From Narcine bancroftii (Eukaryota), in contig NC_091470.1 of NCBI RefSeq assembly GCF_036971445.1, forward strand, positions 203,856,001-203,920,000: a stretch of DNA of 64,000 nt. Direction: 5' to 3'. Of this stretch, positions 33,232 through 46,400 are shown in pieces. The notes beneath the pieces were generated by a model. The model was not told the origin of the DNA. It was given only the letters and a program-made list of their open reading frames with translations, and made no database searches. The translations under genes were made by a program, and so were the position numbers. Position 1 is the first letter of the stretch. Each line of letters starts with the position of its first letter.

Positions 33232-35300
33232 AACATGTTACAAAATTTGTTGTTTTGTGAAAGCATCTATATAAACCACCTTTCAAAATGGTGCAAGAAA
33301 AAGTCAAAGTTAGGCAGTGTCTGTGGTTCATTGATCATTCAGGAATCTGATGGCGGAGGGGAAGAAGCCGTCCTTGTGCCACTGAGTTCTCATCTTCAGG
33401 CTCCTGTACCATTTTCCTGATGGTAGCAGAGTTAAGAAGGCTTGGCCTGGGCGGTGGGGGATCTTTGAGGATGGAGGCTGCTTTCTTAAGACACCACCTA
33501 TTGAAGACGACCTCGGTGAAGTGAAGACTGGTGCCTGTGATGTCGCAGGCCGAGTTAACAACCCTCGGGAGTCTTTTTCTTGTGCTGAGGGTTGGCATCT
33601 CCATTCTAGACATTGATGCAACCAGCCAGAATGCTGTCCACGTAGGCGTTTGCGAGAGTGACATACCAGATCTCCTCAAACACATCACAAAGTGTAGCCA
33701 CTGGGGAACCTTCTTGGTGATTGCATCGAAATGGAGGCTCCAGGACAGATCCTCGGAGATGTTGGCTCCCAGGAATTTGAAGGTCTTGACCCTCTCCACT
33801 GCTGAGTCCTTGATGAGGACTGGGTCATGTTCTCCTGACTTCCTCCTGAAGTCCACAGTCCTCCCCTTAGTTTTGTTAACGTTGAGTGCAAGGTGGTGGT
33901 TGTGACACCAACCACCAAGCTGATCTTTCTCCCTCATGTACACTTCCTCAATGCTATCTGTAGCCGCTTTCAGATGCTGGAGTACAGATAATGCGCCGGC
34001 AGACGTGGCTGGGGGGGAGTAAAGCTGGGAGGTTCAGGTGGCAACAGAGAAGATGCCTTTCTGTCACCTGAATGTGTCAGCTGAAGGAGAGCAGCATCCG
34101 AGCGAACGCTGGCTCCTAAACTGTGGCCGTAGTCCCATTGCTGCTTTTAGATGCAATGGGGGATTCTCCAAACCGGAGAATATACCTACAGGAGGAGAGT
34201 TAGGTAAGTGCTCCTCCTGGCTGGGTTCTTCACTTTCAGATGGCCCAACAGCTGCATTGGGGTAGAATAGGCAGCCTTACAGTTGGGTATTCTGGCCACC
34301 AGAATGCAGCTTGTGATTCTGCCAACAACTGATGTGTTATTAGCAGATTTATAGATAGCATTGAAATTGTGCCTGGCCACGCAGTCGTGGGTGTAGAGTG
34401 AGCAGAGCAGTGGGCTAAGCCCCGCATCCTTGGGGTGCGCCAGTGTTGATTGTCAGTGAGGAGGAGACATTGTTTCCAATTTGTATTGACTGTGGTCTTG
34501 TGTGGAAGTCAAGGATCATGTTGTGGGGGGGGGGGGAATGCAGAGGTCCGGGGTTTGGAGCATGTTGACGAGCACTGAGGGAATAATGTCAAGTTGAGTT
34601 TATTGTCACCTGATTACACAAGTACAAACTGTTCTCCAGTCCTCGATGCAAAACATGTAGACACACAACCAGACATCACACACATACAGACAAACAATAC
34701 ACACGCAGGACGTATTCATAGATACAAATAAATATTATTTAATGAACGTGAGAGTCTTGGAGGGTTAGTGCACACTGTTCCTTTGGTCGTTCAGCATTCT
34801 CACTGCCCCGTGGGAAAAAGCTCCTCAGCCTGGTGGGGCTGGCTCTGATCCTCCTGGACCTCTTTCCCGACGGGAGCAGCTGAATGATACCGTGTGCAGG
34901 GTGGAAGGGGGTCCTTGATGATTTTGCGCACTCTCTTCAGACATCGATCCTGGTAGATCATGTCGCTGGGGTGTGGGGAGGGGAGACGCGAGGAAGGAAA
35001 CTCCAGTGATCCTCTTTGCCACTTTGATGGTCCTGTGGACTGACCTCCGATTCATTTCTCTGCAGCAACTGTGCCACGCTCTGATGCAGCCGGGCCAGGA
35101 CACTCTCGATAGAGGGTTGACGTGACGGGGGCCGGTGGTCTTGCCTGCTCCAGTCTTCTCAGGAAGTGCAGTCACTGTTGCACCTTCCTGACAAGTGAGG
35201 AGATGTTTTGTGTCCACAATAGATCACTAGTTAAATGAACCCCATGGAACTTGGTGCTCTCCACTCTCTCCAAGATAGAGTTGTTGAAGGCTGAGCTGCA
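33232..35300 (-). mobile_element. Rex1/Babar-like LINE fragments
   Basis: WCHNHHLALNVNKTK, TFKFLG, CLKKAASILKDP; the tail continues left of the ERV at ~26585-26614. Confidence 0.82.
33961..34270. mobile_element. Non-autonomous DNA-transposon-like insertion
   Basis: Starts TAGCCGCTTTCAG; reverse-complement copy at ~49900-50258; interrupts a Rex LINE. Confidence 0.6.
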
Positions 35301-35563
35301 GTTGATGAAGAGCAGGATATGTATAAGTTGCTGTTGTCCAGGTGATTCAGAGCTGAGAGGGGAACCAGTGATATTGCATCTGCTGTGGAAAGATTGTGAC
35401 GGTAGGCGAGTTGCAGTGGGTCTAGACCTCTCCAAAGTAATTCATCGCAGTATATGTCAGTGCTACTGGAGTGTCCGAGGGAACATTATGTTTTCAACTG
35501 GGGATTTGGAGCATCTGGCTGCTGCATGTATAACCTTCCCTTTCACCTGTGCTGTCTTTCTTG

Positions 35564-36601
35564 TGTAATGGAATATATTTGGGAGATAAATTGGTAAAAT
35601 TAGAGTAGGTAGCATACATACATTTTAAAACAGATCTTATTTGAAATACTGAAGAATTCATATTCAATGACTTTACAGAAACTATGGAGAATGCTTTGCA
35701 GATTTCACAAGTAGATGCTCATTGAAATTATGTCATGAAATGAAGAGACCATTGTCTTGGACTGGAGTCAGGTCGGTTGTGTTGGACATCTTTGCTCACT
35801 CAAAGGTCAATGAGAAGTTTGTTTACCTAAAACAACAGATGGGAGCAGAAGACTAACTCTACTGTTTGCTGGAAGAGGTCAGGGGTTTTGCAAGTGAGAG
35901 AGTCACATGGGCTTTCTGGCAGTTGGAGAGAGAGAGGGGGTGGAGCAAGTTCTCTCAGCCAGTGTGTGTGACACTGAAGGCTTGCTGGAACTGAGAGCCA
36001 GCAGAAACTGGTTGGAACTGAAACAGAAGCTCCAGTGCGGCGGAAGACTGGAAGCACTATTTGTCAGATGTTTATTTTGGAATAAGTGGAACAGAAAGGA
36101 ACTTTGTGGTAGCCTGAAAGAAAGAGGTTACCATCTGGAGAGCCCTGATGGGGAAAGTTTAATCAGCAAGATATTGAGGTGACTAATGGTGGTACCTCAG
36201 TTGTGAAAATCCTGGAACAACAAATCACTCTGCAAACCTACAAAGAACCTTCCTGAGCGGTAACCATTTACCTTTTGAGCATGAAAGCCTGGTGAATATT
36301 ATACATGTTAAATTCTGTGCACAGTATAAGATTTGCCTGCAACCAGAGAACTTGGAGGAATGGGAGGTGAGATTAAACTGTGAACCAAAGAACTTTTCTT
36401 AAATTTACACACACATTATATACACATGCGCTTAGAATTAGAAGGGGGTTAAGTTGAGTTAGTTAAGTTAATAGAGATATGTGAAAGTTTGATTCTGTTT
36501 TCATGTTTAAAGATAATTAAAAACAACTTTTGTTTAAGTAAATATTTGTCGTGATGAATATCTATTGCTGCTGAGTTTTGGGGACCTCTGGAATTGTAAC
36601 A
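35564..36601 (+). mobile_element. Solo LTR (~1.04 kb, probably Gypsy-type)
   Basis: TGT...ACA ends, 4-bp TSD CTTG; homologous to 60399-61385 and 63317-63900. Confidence 0.85.
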
Positions 36602-36729
36602 CTTGCCTTTCGGCTCGGACCCCAAAGACCAGCACAGTGTCAGCGACGCTCCCTAACAAGAAGGTTCCCTTCAATGCCACAGGCTCCCGTAGGGCCTCGG
36701 GTGCGGAGGGTTTCCTGATCCTGCACTCA

Positions 36730-37400
36730 ATGTTAGCTAAAACCAGGGAGATGATTGTAGACTTCAGGAGGACATCAGGGGAACACGACCCAGTCCTCAT
36801 CGAGGGATCAGCAGTGGAGAGGGTCAAATTCCAGGGTGTCACCATCTTTGAGGATCTGTCCTGGAGCCTCCATGATGATGCAATCACAAAGAAGGCTTGC
36901 CTGCAACTATACCTTGTGAGGTGTTTGAAGAGATTCAATGTGTCACCGAACACTCTCAAAATCCTTTGCAGGTGTACTATGGAGAGCATTCTGCCTGGTT
37001 TGAAGGTGCAATGCTCAGGACAAGAATAAAACCTCCAGAGGGTCGTTAACTCAGTCTGGGCTATCACCAGTTGAAGACATCTACATGAGGCAGTGTCTTA
37101 AGAAAGTGGCCTCTTGCCTCAAAGACTCCCCACCACCCAGACCAGGCCCCCTTCACTCTGCTACCATCAGGGAAAAGGGTACAGGAGCCTGAAGACGAGC
37201 ACTCAGCGGCACAAGGACGGCTTCTTCCCCTCAGCCATCAGATTCCTGAACAACCATTGAACCCCGAACACTGACTTAGTTTGTCTTTTTCTTGCACTAT
37301 TTTTATTATTTTGTTAGGTGGTTTGCATGAATGTTTGGCCTGAGGTGTTGCCGCAAAACAACACATTTTGTGACATGTTCGTGGCAATAAATTGTGATCC
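36730..37400 (+). mobile_element. Rex1/Babar-like LINE 3' fragment
   Basis: KTREMIVDFRR, RCTMESIL. Confidence 0.8.
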
Positions 37401-37869
37401 TGATCATGTCGGAGGTTGGATCTGGAAGCCAGACTGCTAATGGAACTAACAAGAGTCTGTGTGGCTACAGGAGCACTGGAGGCGAATCCACAGACTCTCA
37501 GTGTCTCTGTAGGGACTCTCATTTGCTTCTCTTTCTCTCGTACTGTAATGGGTGCTGGGCAACTCTTTATTTGTCTTGCAGCAGGCAGAAGGTACTTTCT
37601 TGTAATATTACATGAAAATAAATGAATCGAGGTCCCTCGCTAAACCCTCAAGAAGGGGGGGAGGGTGCTCATCCACAAGAAATGGGGAAGGACGTAATCA
37701 ACTGGGATGCTGAAATGAGTCAGAGTGTCTCCAAAGCGGTTGATATTGACCTTTGTGGAGAGTCGATGGGGCTATCCAAGGGTTCGATAACGCTGGTTGG
37801 GGTGGGTCCATTGAACTTCTGCGGTGGAAAGCACAGGGGGATCAACGGATAATAGCACCTATGGCGGTG

Positions 37870-37976
37870 GCAGCCAATCTCTCGCGAGAGCGGGGACCTG
37901 GGTGGCCGCCATGTTGTATTTAGCCTCGGCTTCTTAATAAATAGAGTGAAGGACTGACGGAACAGAGAAGAAGGCG
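37870..37976 (+). promoter_or_regulatory. RANGRF: RANGRF proximal promoter and non-coding exon 1
   Basis: CCAAT (37874-37878), CTCTCGCGAGAG palindrome (BANP/ZBTB33-type motif, 37879-37890), YY1-type GCCGCCATGTTG (37905-37916), donor gcg|gtaagt at 37977 just upstream of the acceptor at 38354. Confidence 0.72.
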
Positions 37977-38357
37977 GTAAGTGCCCAACGCCGCTTCCAC
38001 CCTCGCCCTTTCCAGGTCCATGAGGGATCAAGGATTCCATGACGGGGTTGAGGTTGATGGTCTTAATCCTGATCTAGTCCAACACTGTTACAGCTCCAGC
38101 AGCCGAGTTCGAATCCGACGCTGTCTGTAAGGAGTTGTATGTTCTCCCTGTGTCTGCGTGGGTTTCCTCCAGCATTCCAAAAGAAGTACGGGGGAGTCAG
38201 TAGGTTAATTGGTCACATGGGTGTATTTGCATGGCACTGGCTTGTGGGCTGGAAGGGCTTGTTACCTTGCTGTGTCTGAGTTTAAAAAAATTAGTTAAAA
38301 TATTTAAAAAAAAACGTTAAAATTTTAATTAATAACGTATCTTCTTTGCTTCAGGAG

Positions 38358-38440
38358 ATGGCATCCAACGGGACCCACACTCGAGCATTGTTTGGCGGTT
38401 CGTTCTCGATGATTCTCCCACCTCATGCGATAGACGTCAG
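38358..38440 (+). CDS. RANGRF: RAN guanine nucleotide release factor (MOG1), coding exon 1
   Basis: Acceptor ttcag| at 38354, ATG 38358; MASNGTHTRALFGGSFSMILPPHAIDV(S) matches Mog1 LFGGAFSAILP..AIDVS; donor ag|gtaagc. Confidence 0.95.
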
Positions 38441-39264
38441 GTAAGCACAACACACGGGGACGTAAGTGACCCACCTTTCCCCCCCCCACCCCATCCCCCA
38501 GAAATTTTGGAATGACCCCAGAGAGAAATGCGCAGCCAGACGTTCGGGATGAAGGGAAGGCGGGGCAGCCTTAAAGGGAATAGAGGGAGGGGTTAGCAGG
38601 TAGAAGTAAAAGACGAAAGTTTGCATATATCTTGCTTGAAGTGAAAACACAATGCTGGAGAACCTCTGCAGGTCAAACAACATATTTTATAGAGCAGGTA
38701 GAGACATAACCAATGTTACAGTCTTGAGTCTTTTGTCAAAATCAGCCCGGGCTGTGAACCAGTTTAAAATTCAGTTTATTACTTCAACTGTAGTAACGCT
38801 CGCGGGAGAGAGGGGGCATTAGGAAAAGTCAGTGACTCTTCTCTAGGGCTTTGTCCTTTCTCAAAGGTCAATACAACAGGGGATTATATAGTAAATTGGA
38901 TCAAATGCCCACGTGCAGTTTCAATTGTTCTTGCTAATTGGAAACAGCTTTACATATTTGCTCATTAAATTGGAATTTGGAACAAGTTCCCTTGATCATT
39001 CAACCAGTAACTTACAAAGACTTTCAATCACTCTTTATCTCTAATCATTCATTCTCACCCTGTCACAATTAAAGTCTCCCTTACAGATAAGACAGGCTTT
39101 ACAACTGATTTATGTGGCAGCACTTCGACAGAAATGAAACTCCTAAGTTACTTCTACAGCGACAGTCCCATAATCCTTTGCTTTCTATGTTGGCCAACTT
39201 TTACAGCAAAAGTCCCAGAGTGCCACAAAATAACATTAAATTTTCCGCAAATTTTAACATGTTC

Positions 39265-39850
39265 AACATATGAGCAAAATGTAGGCAAAATAGTGGAGGG
39301 AGAAGGACCAGGGGAGGAGCATGGTCCCACAGGGAGAAGGTAATAGGTGGATAAGAGAGGGAGGGCACAGCAGCAAACAGTGGGAGAGGGGATGGCGCTG
39401 TGATTGGCAAGGGAAAGGGGTGGAGAGCTGGAGGGAAGAAGACAGAGGGATTGAGGAAGAGAGGGCGAACGAGAAGTGGGCCAGCAGAAACCGGAGAAGT
39501 TGATGTTAATGCCTGGAGAGCGCCCAGGCGGGAAATCGTGTTGTTCCTCCAATTTACGGGCGGTCTTGGTTTGATGGTGCTTGAGGCCACGGACAGACAT
39601 GTCAGCATGGGAGTGGGGCACAGAATTGAAATGGTTGTCCACTGGGAGATCCCTGTCACTGATGCTGACAGAGCCAAGGTGCTCAGCAAAGCCATCTCCC
39701 AGTCTCTCCAATGCAGAGGAGACCATAATGAGAGCACTGGGTGCAGTCGATGACCCTTGCAGGTTCACAAGTGAAATGCTGCTTCACTTGGAAAGGACTA
39801 TGGGGCCCAGAAAGGTGGTGAGGTGTGGGCCACAAGTGGAACACTTCCCA
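39265..39850 (-). mobile_element. Penelope-like element fragment (GIY-YIG C-terminal part)
   Basis: RLGDGFAEHL..PVDNHFN..H...KLEEQH; related pieces at ~16215-16680, ~19260-19950 and ~62500-62880. Confidence 0.72.
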
Positions 39851-39898
39851 CAAATTGGGAGCTCTGGCTTCCTTTATTTATTCAATGTTTCCTTGCAG

Positions 39899-40015
39899 CG
39901 AGATCCGGGAAATCCCGGATAACCAGGAGGTATTTCTGCACAGTGATACAGACCAGAGCATCATCGTTGAGTTGCTGGAATACCAGAGTCAAGTTCCTGA
40001 TGAGGAAGCTGTCAG
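39899..40015 (+). CDS. RANGRF: RANGRF coding exon 2
   Basis: (S)[38 protein letters not shown](R); Mog1 motif PDNQEVF..DQS.IVELLE; AG/GT sites. Confidence 0.96.
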
Positions 40016-40192
40016 GTAAGATACTGACCACGTGACAGAACACAGTGCCGGCCTAAGGCAGCACAATGGGGCAGCAGATAGTGCCGATGCCTCCCAGCTC
40101 CAGAGACCCGTATTCAATCCTGACCCTCCAGCCCCTGTGATCTACCTTCCTCCATCCCATATGCCCACCTTATAAATCATACCATAGAATAT

Positions 40193-41023
40193 CCATCTCC
40201 ATCGGGCACACAAAACTCAAAACAGTCAACCAGTTTACCTATCTCGGCTGCACCATTTCATCAGATGCAAGGATCGACAATGAGATAGACAACAGACTCG
40301 CCAAGGCAAATAGCGCCTTTGGAAGACTACACAAAAGAGTCTGGAAAAACAACCAACTGAAAAACCTCGCAAAGATAAGCGTATACAGAGCCGTTGTCAT
40401 ACCCACACTCCTGTTCGGCTCCGAATCATGGGTCCTCTACCGGCACCACCTACGGCTCCTAGAATGCTTCCACCAGCGTTGTCTCCGCTCCATCCTCAAC
40501 ATCCATTGGAGCGCTTACACCCCTAATGTCGAAGTACTCGAGATGGCAGAGGTCGACAGCATCGAGTCCACGCTGCTGAAGATCCAGCTGCGCTGGATGG
40601 GTCACGTCTCCAGAATGGAGGACCATCGCCTTCCCAAGATCGTGTTATATGGCGAGCTCTCCACTGGCCACCGTGACAGAGGTGCACCAAAGAATAGGTA
40701 CAAGGACTGCCTAAAGAAATCTCTTGGTGCCTGCCACATTGACCATCGCCAGTGGGCTGATAACGCCTCAAACCGTGCATCTTGGCGCCTCACAGTTTGG
40801 CGGGCAGCAACCTCCTTTGAAGAAGACCGCAGAGCCCACCTCACTGACAAAAGGCAAAGGAGGAAAAACCCAACACCCAACCCCAACCAACCAATTTTCC
40901 CTTGCAACCACTGCAATCGTGTCTGCCTGTCCCGCATCGGACTTGTCAGCCACAAACGAGCCTGCAGCTGACGTGGACTTTTTACCCCCTCCATAAATCT
41001 TCATCCGCGAAGCCAAGCCAAAG
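40193..41023 (+). mobile_element. 5'-truncated RTE-clade LINE, young
   Basis: Open frame FTYLG...QLRWMGHVSRM...CNHCNRVCLSRIGLVSHKRACS*; 7-bp TSD AGAATAT (40186-40192 and 41024-41030). Confidence 0.93.
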
Positions 41024-41509
41024 AGAATATAGGAGCTGGGAGATGATGTTGAGATTGTTCAAGGCCTTGGTGAGGCCAAGTTTGGAATATTGTGGGCAGT
41101 TCTGGTCCCCAAATTAGAGGAAGGACATCAATAAGATAGAGAGGGTACAGAGAAGATTTACTAAAATGAGGCCCGGATTGCAATATCTAGAATATGGAGA
41201 AAGATTGAGTCGACTGGGTCTTTATTCATTGGAGCGTAGAAGGTTGAGGGGGGATTTGATAGAGGTATTTAAAATTATGAGGGGGATAGTTAGAGTAGAT
41301 GTGAATAGGTTCTTCCCCTTGAGGGGAGGTGAGATTGGAATGAGGAGTCATGAGTTAAGGGTTAGGGGGGGTGGGGGAGGAGTCAAGTGATGGAGTAGTG
41401 GCCGGACGGTGAACTCCAGCCCTCTCTAGAAAAGTCAGAAAAAACAAAGCAAAACACAAAGGCACAGAAATAAAAATCAAAGTAAAGTGAATATAAAGGT
41501 GGAAAGAAG

Positions 41510-42732
41510 ATGGCGACGAAAAAAGAAAAGTCGAAACCAACGGTAAGAAGAGAGGAAGTGAAGACAACGGAAGATGAAGGAAAAAGCCTTAACTGTTCGA
41601 AGAGGCCCGCGGTGGAGAGAGAAACCCGCTCCCTCAGGTCGGTAGAATATGGACTACAAAAATGGATCGCTGAGCCGAGTAAAAGTGCGCAACCGCACAT
41701 GCGCGATGCGCATGAAAAAAAAACACCGGGAGGGGTGACCAGCTGGGGAGTCGATCTCCACAGCCGGCAACGACAGCTGCAGAACACCTGCAGCAAGAGG
41801 AGAACATAGAAGACAACGAAAACAAGAAAGAAGAGAAGAAAAGGGCAACAAAGAAACAACAGATGGCCAACCCTGAGGAAGAAGAAGAGGAAGAGAACAG
41901 TGAAATAGAAGAAGAAGGGAAAGGCAAGATAAAGGATATACTTTCTCTTATTAAAGAATACATGGAGTCATTTAAAGAATGGCAAGCGCAAGAATTTAAT
42001 GATTTAAGAAGAAGAATAAACAATACAGAAGAGAAAATGAATAAAATAGATATGACCTTATGAGAAATGGGAGAAAGAATGGACAAGGTGCAAGAACGAG
42101 AAGCAGCAGTAGAAATGGAGATAGAGGACTTAAAAAAGAAATTAGAGGAATCTAATAAAAAAGTTAAAGAGACACAAGAACTGTTAGCTCAGAAAATAGA
42201 TATAATGGAAAATTATAACAGAAGAAATAACATAAAGATAGTGGGGCTTAAGGAAGATGAAGAAGGCAAAAATATGAGAGAGTTTATAAAAGATTGGATC
42301 CCTAGGATCCTAGGATGTCCAGAACTACAGCAAGAAATGGAAATAGAAAGGGCACATAGAGCATTGGCCTTTAAACCACAATCACAACAAAAGCCAAGAT
42401 CTGTTTTAGTAAAATTTCTAAGATATACTACAAGAGAAAAGGTACTGGAGAAAACAATGGAAAAAGTAAGAGAGGACAATAAGCCACTGGAGTACAAAGG
42501 GCAAAAAATCTTCATTTATCCAGATATAAGTTTTGAACTCCTGAAGAAGAGAAAGGAGTTCAATACAGCAAAGGCGCTTTTATGGAAGAAAGGGTATAAA
42601 TTTATACTAAAGCATCCAGCGGTATTGAAAATATTTATTCCAGGACAACAAAACAGACTATTCTCGGATCCAGAGGAAGCACGAAAATTTGCAGAACAAT
42701 TACAAAATAGACTGAGAGATGAAGACGTGTAA
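41510..42732 (+). pseudogene. L1 ORF1p (coiled coil, RRM, CTD), disrupted
   Basis: RRNNIKIVGL, IERAHR, IYPDIS motifs; frameshift in the 5' part and a TGA at 42061-42063 where the sister copy has a sense codon. Confidence 0.9.
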
Positions 42733-43406
42733 CGAGAGTACAAAAGACTGCAAACTAAAAAGACATAAGTTTTGAACTCCTGAAGAGCAGGAGGGAGTTT
42801 AAAACGTCGAAAACGATCTTATGGGAAAAAAACTATTCTCGGATCCAGAGGAAGCAAGGAAATTTGCAGAACAACTACAAAACAAACAGAGAGATGAAGA
42901 CATGTAATAAGAGTAAAAATGACCACGATTTATATGTATGTGGGTAAAGAGGTATATGTGTGTATATGTATAATGTGCATACATGAATGTATCCGTATTT
43001 AGAGGAAAATATAGATAGTATAGACAAAAATTAATAAGGGAAGGAAAAGGAATAGAGGGAATAAAGAGGGAATTAAAAGAGTGACCTTTGTCACATATGA
43101 AAAGTGAAATCTTTTCTGGGGGGGTTGGGTGGGGGGGTGTTGCGGTCACTGCAAATCAGCTGATGCTTGCGAGTGAATTCCCAAATCCAAATGGAGAGGG
43201 GAGATGTGGTTGTCCGACAAGGGATAAAGGACAACTCAGGAGGGGAAGGGGGGATTGGGGCTAAAGAAGTTTTAAATAGGAGAATAAGGAAAATGTTTGA
43301 TGTTTTAGAAATGTTGTCTTATAAAGGATTCAAAACAAGAAAACAAATGGATAAGAAGGAAAGGTAATGATGGAGAAACGGAAAGGGAAGATAAACAAAG
43401 TATAAA

Positions 43407-46400
43407 ATGGCTACGTTGAACTATATGACTTTAAATATTAATGGAATACATAACCAAATTAAAAGGAAGAAACTGCTAAATTTACTGAAAAAAGAAAAAA
43501 TTGATATAGCATTTGTGCAAGAAACACATTTAACTGAATTGGAGCATAAGAAATTAAAGAGAGATTGGGTAGGACACATAACAACAGCATCGTATAATTC
43601 AAAAGCAAGAGGAGTAGCTATATTAATTAGTAAAAATGTGCCATTTAAAATAGAAGAGGAAATAATAGATCCAGCAGGGAGATATGTAATGATAAAATGT
43701 CAGATATATTCGGAGTTTTGGAATCTACTCAATGTATATTCACCTAACGAAGAAGATCAAAAGTTTATGCAAGATATCTTTTTGAAGATAGCAGATACGC
43801 AAGGGAACATATTAATAGGAGGGGATTTCAACCTGAATTTGGATTCAAATATGGACAAAACTGGGGAAAAAATTCACAGAAAGAACAAAGTAACCAAATT
43901 TATAATTAAATCGATGCAAGAAATGCAACTTTTGGATATATGGAGGAAACAACACCCAAAGGAAAAGGAATATTCATATTACTCGGCTAGACATAAAACA
44001 TACTCAAGAATAGACCTATTTTTGTTATCAGCTCGTATGCAAGATAGAGTAAAAAAAAACAGAATATAAAGCTAGAATACTATCGGACCATTCACCCTTA
44101 AAATTGACAGTAAAGTTAGAGGACATCCCTCCAAGAATGTATAGATGGAGATTAAACCACATGTTACTTAAAAGGCAGGATTTTAGAGAATTTATTGAAA
44201 AACAAGTTAAAATGTATTTTGAAATAAATATGGAATCAGTGGAAGATAAGTTTATACTATGGGATGCAATGAAAGCATTCATTAGAGGGCAAATAATAAG
44301 TTATGTAACCAAGATGAAGAAGGACTATAATCAGGAAACAGACCAGTTGGAAAGGGAAATAGTAAATATAGAAAAAGAATTAGTAATGAAGGAAGATATC
44401 ACTAAAAGAAGAGAATTGGCGGATAAAAAAATAAAATATGAAACACTACAAACATATAAGGTGGAGAAAAATATAATGAAGACAAAACAGAAATATTATG
44501 AACTAGGTGAAAAAACGCACAAAATCCTAGCATGGCAGCTTAAGACAGAACAAGCTAAGAAAATGGTATTGGCATCAAGGAAAAAAGACAAACAAATTAC
44601 ATATAATCCAAAAGAAATTAAGGAAAACTTTAGAGAATTCTATGAACAATTGTACCGAACTGAAAACGAAGGGAAAGAAGGGAAAATAGATGAATTTCTG
44701 ACTAAAATTGAACTACCAAAACTACAAATAGAGGAACAAAATAAATTAACAGAGCCATTTGGAATAGTAGAAATACAAGAGATAATAAAAAAATTACCAA
44801 ATAATAAGACACCAGGAGAGGATGGATTCCCAATATAATTTTATAAAACATTTAAAGACTTATTAATTCCGCCCCTCCTGGAAGTAATCAACCAGATTGA
44901 TAAAACTCAAAGCTTACCAGATTCATGTAAAACAGCAATAATTACAGTAATACTAAAGCAAGGGAAAGATCCACTCACACCAGCGTCATATAGACCAATA
45001 TCGTTACTTAACACAGATTATAAGATAATAGCTAAATTATTAGCAAACAGTTTAGCAGAGTATGTACCGAAAATGGTAAATCTAGACAAAACTGGATTTA
45101 TCAAAAAAAGACGCACAACAGACAATATTTGTAAATTTATTAACTTAATTCTTGCAGTAGAAGGGAGTAAAGCGCCAACAGTAGCAGTTGCGTTAGACGC
45201 AGAGAAGGCCTTTGACAGAGTAGAATGGAATTATTTGTTCAAAGTATTGCAAAAATTCAGTTTACCGGAGAAATATATTAATTGGATTAAAGCATTATAT
45301 AAGGGACCATTGGCGAAAGTGACAGTAAATGGACATGTATCAAAACAATTTAACTTAAGCAGGTCAACACGACAGGGATGCCCACTATCACCTTTATTGT
45401 TTGTGTTAGCTATAGAACCACTAGCAGAATTGTTAAGAACAGATAATAATATAAAAGGAATAAAAATAAAAGACAAGGAATATAAAATCAGTTTATTTGC
45501 GGATGATGTTATAGTGTACTCAACAGAACCAGAACTATCAATAAAAGAATTATATAAGAAATTGAAGGAATATGGAGAAGTGTCGGGTTACAAGATAAAC
45601 GTAAATAAAAGTGAAGCAATGCCTATGAATAATGCGGATTTCTCAAAATTTAAGAAGGAATCACCATTTAGATGGCAAATGCAAGCAATAAGATACCTAG
45701 GTGTACAAATAAACAAAAATCTCGGCCAACTATATAAACTCAATTATTATCCACTAATGAAAAAATTACAGGACGATTTAGAGCATTGGAAAGATTTACC
45801 ACTAACACTAATAGGAAGGATAAACTGTATTAAAATGAACATTTTTCCAAGGATATTATACTTATTTCAGGCATTGCCAATACAACTGACAGAGAAATTC
45901 TTCAAGGAGTTAAAGAAAATAATAAGGAAATTTTTATGGAGAGGGCGGAAACCAAGGATAGCACTAGATAAATTAATAGAATGGTATAAACAAGGAGGCT
46001 TACAACTGCCAAACTTTAAAAATTATTATAGAGCCGCACAATTAAGATACCTATCAGATTTTTATCAAACAAGGGAAAAGCCAGATTGGACGAGATTAGA
46101 ATTAGATAAAATAGGGGAAAAGATACCTGAACACATATTATATAAATGGGATGAAAAATTGGTACAACATAGAAGTTCTCCAGTATTACATCATCTCCTC
46201 AATATTTGGAAGAAGATTCATGTAGAAAGAAATAAAACAAATTATCAATTACCAAAACTAATATTGACGCAAAACAAGTTACTCCCTTTTACAATAGATA
46301 ACCTTTCCTTTAGAGAATGGGAAAAAAAAGGGATTAAAAGAATAGAAAATTGTTTTTCAGGAAATAGATTATTATCCTTTGAACAAATGAAAGATAAGCA

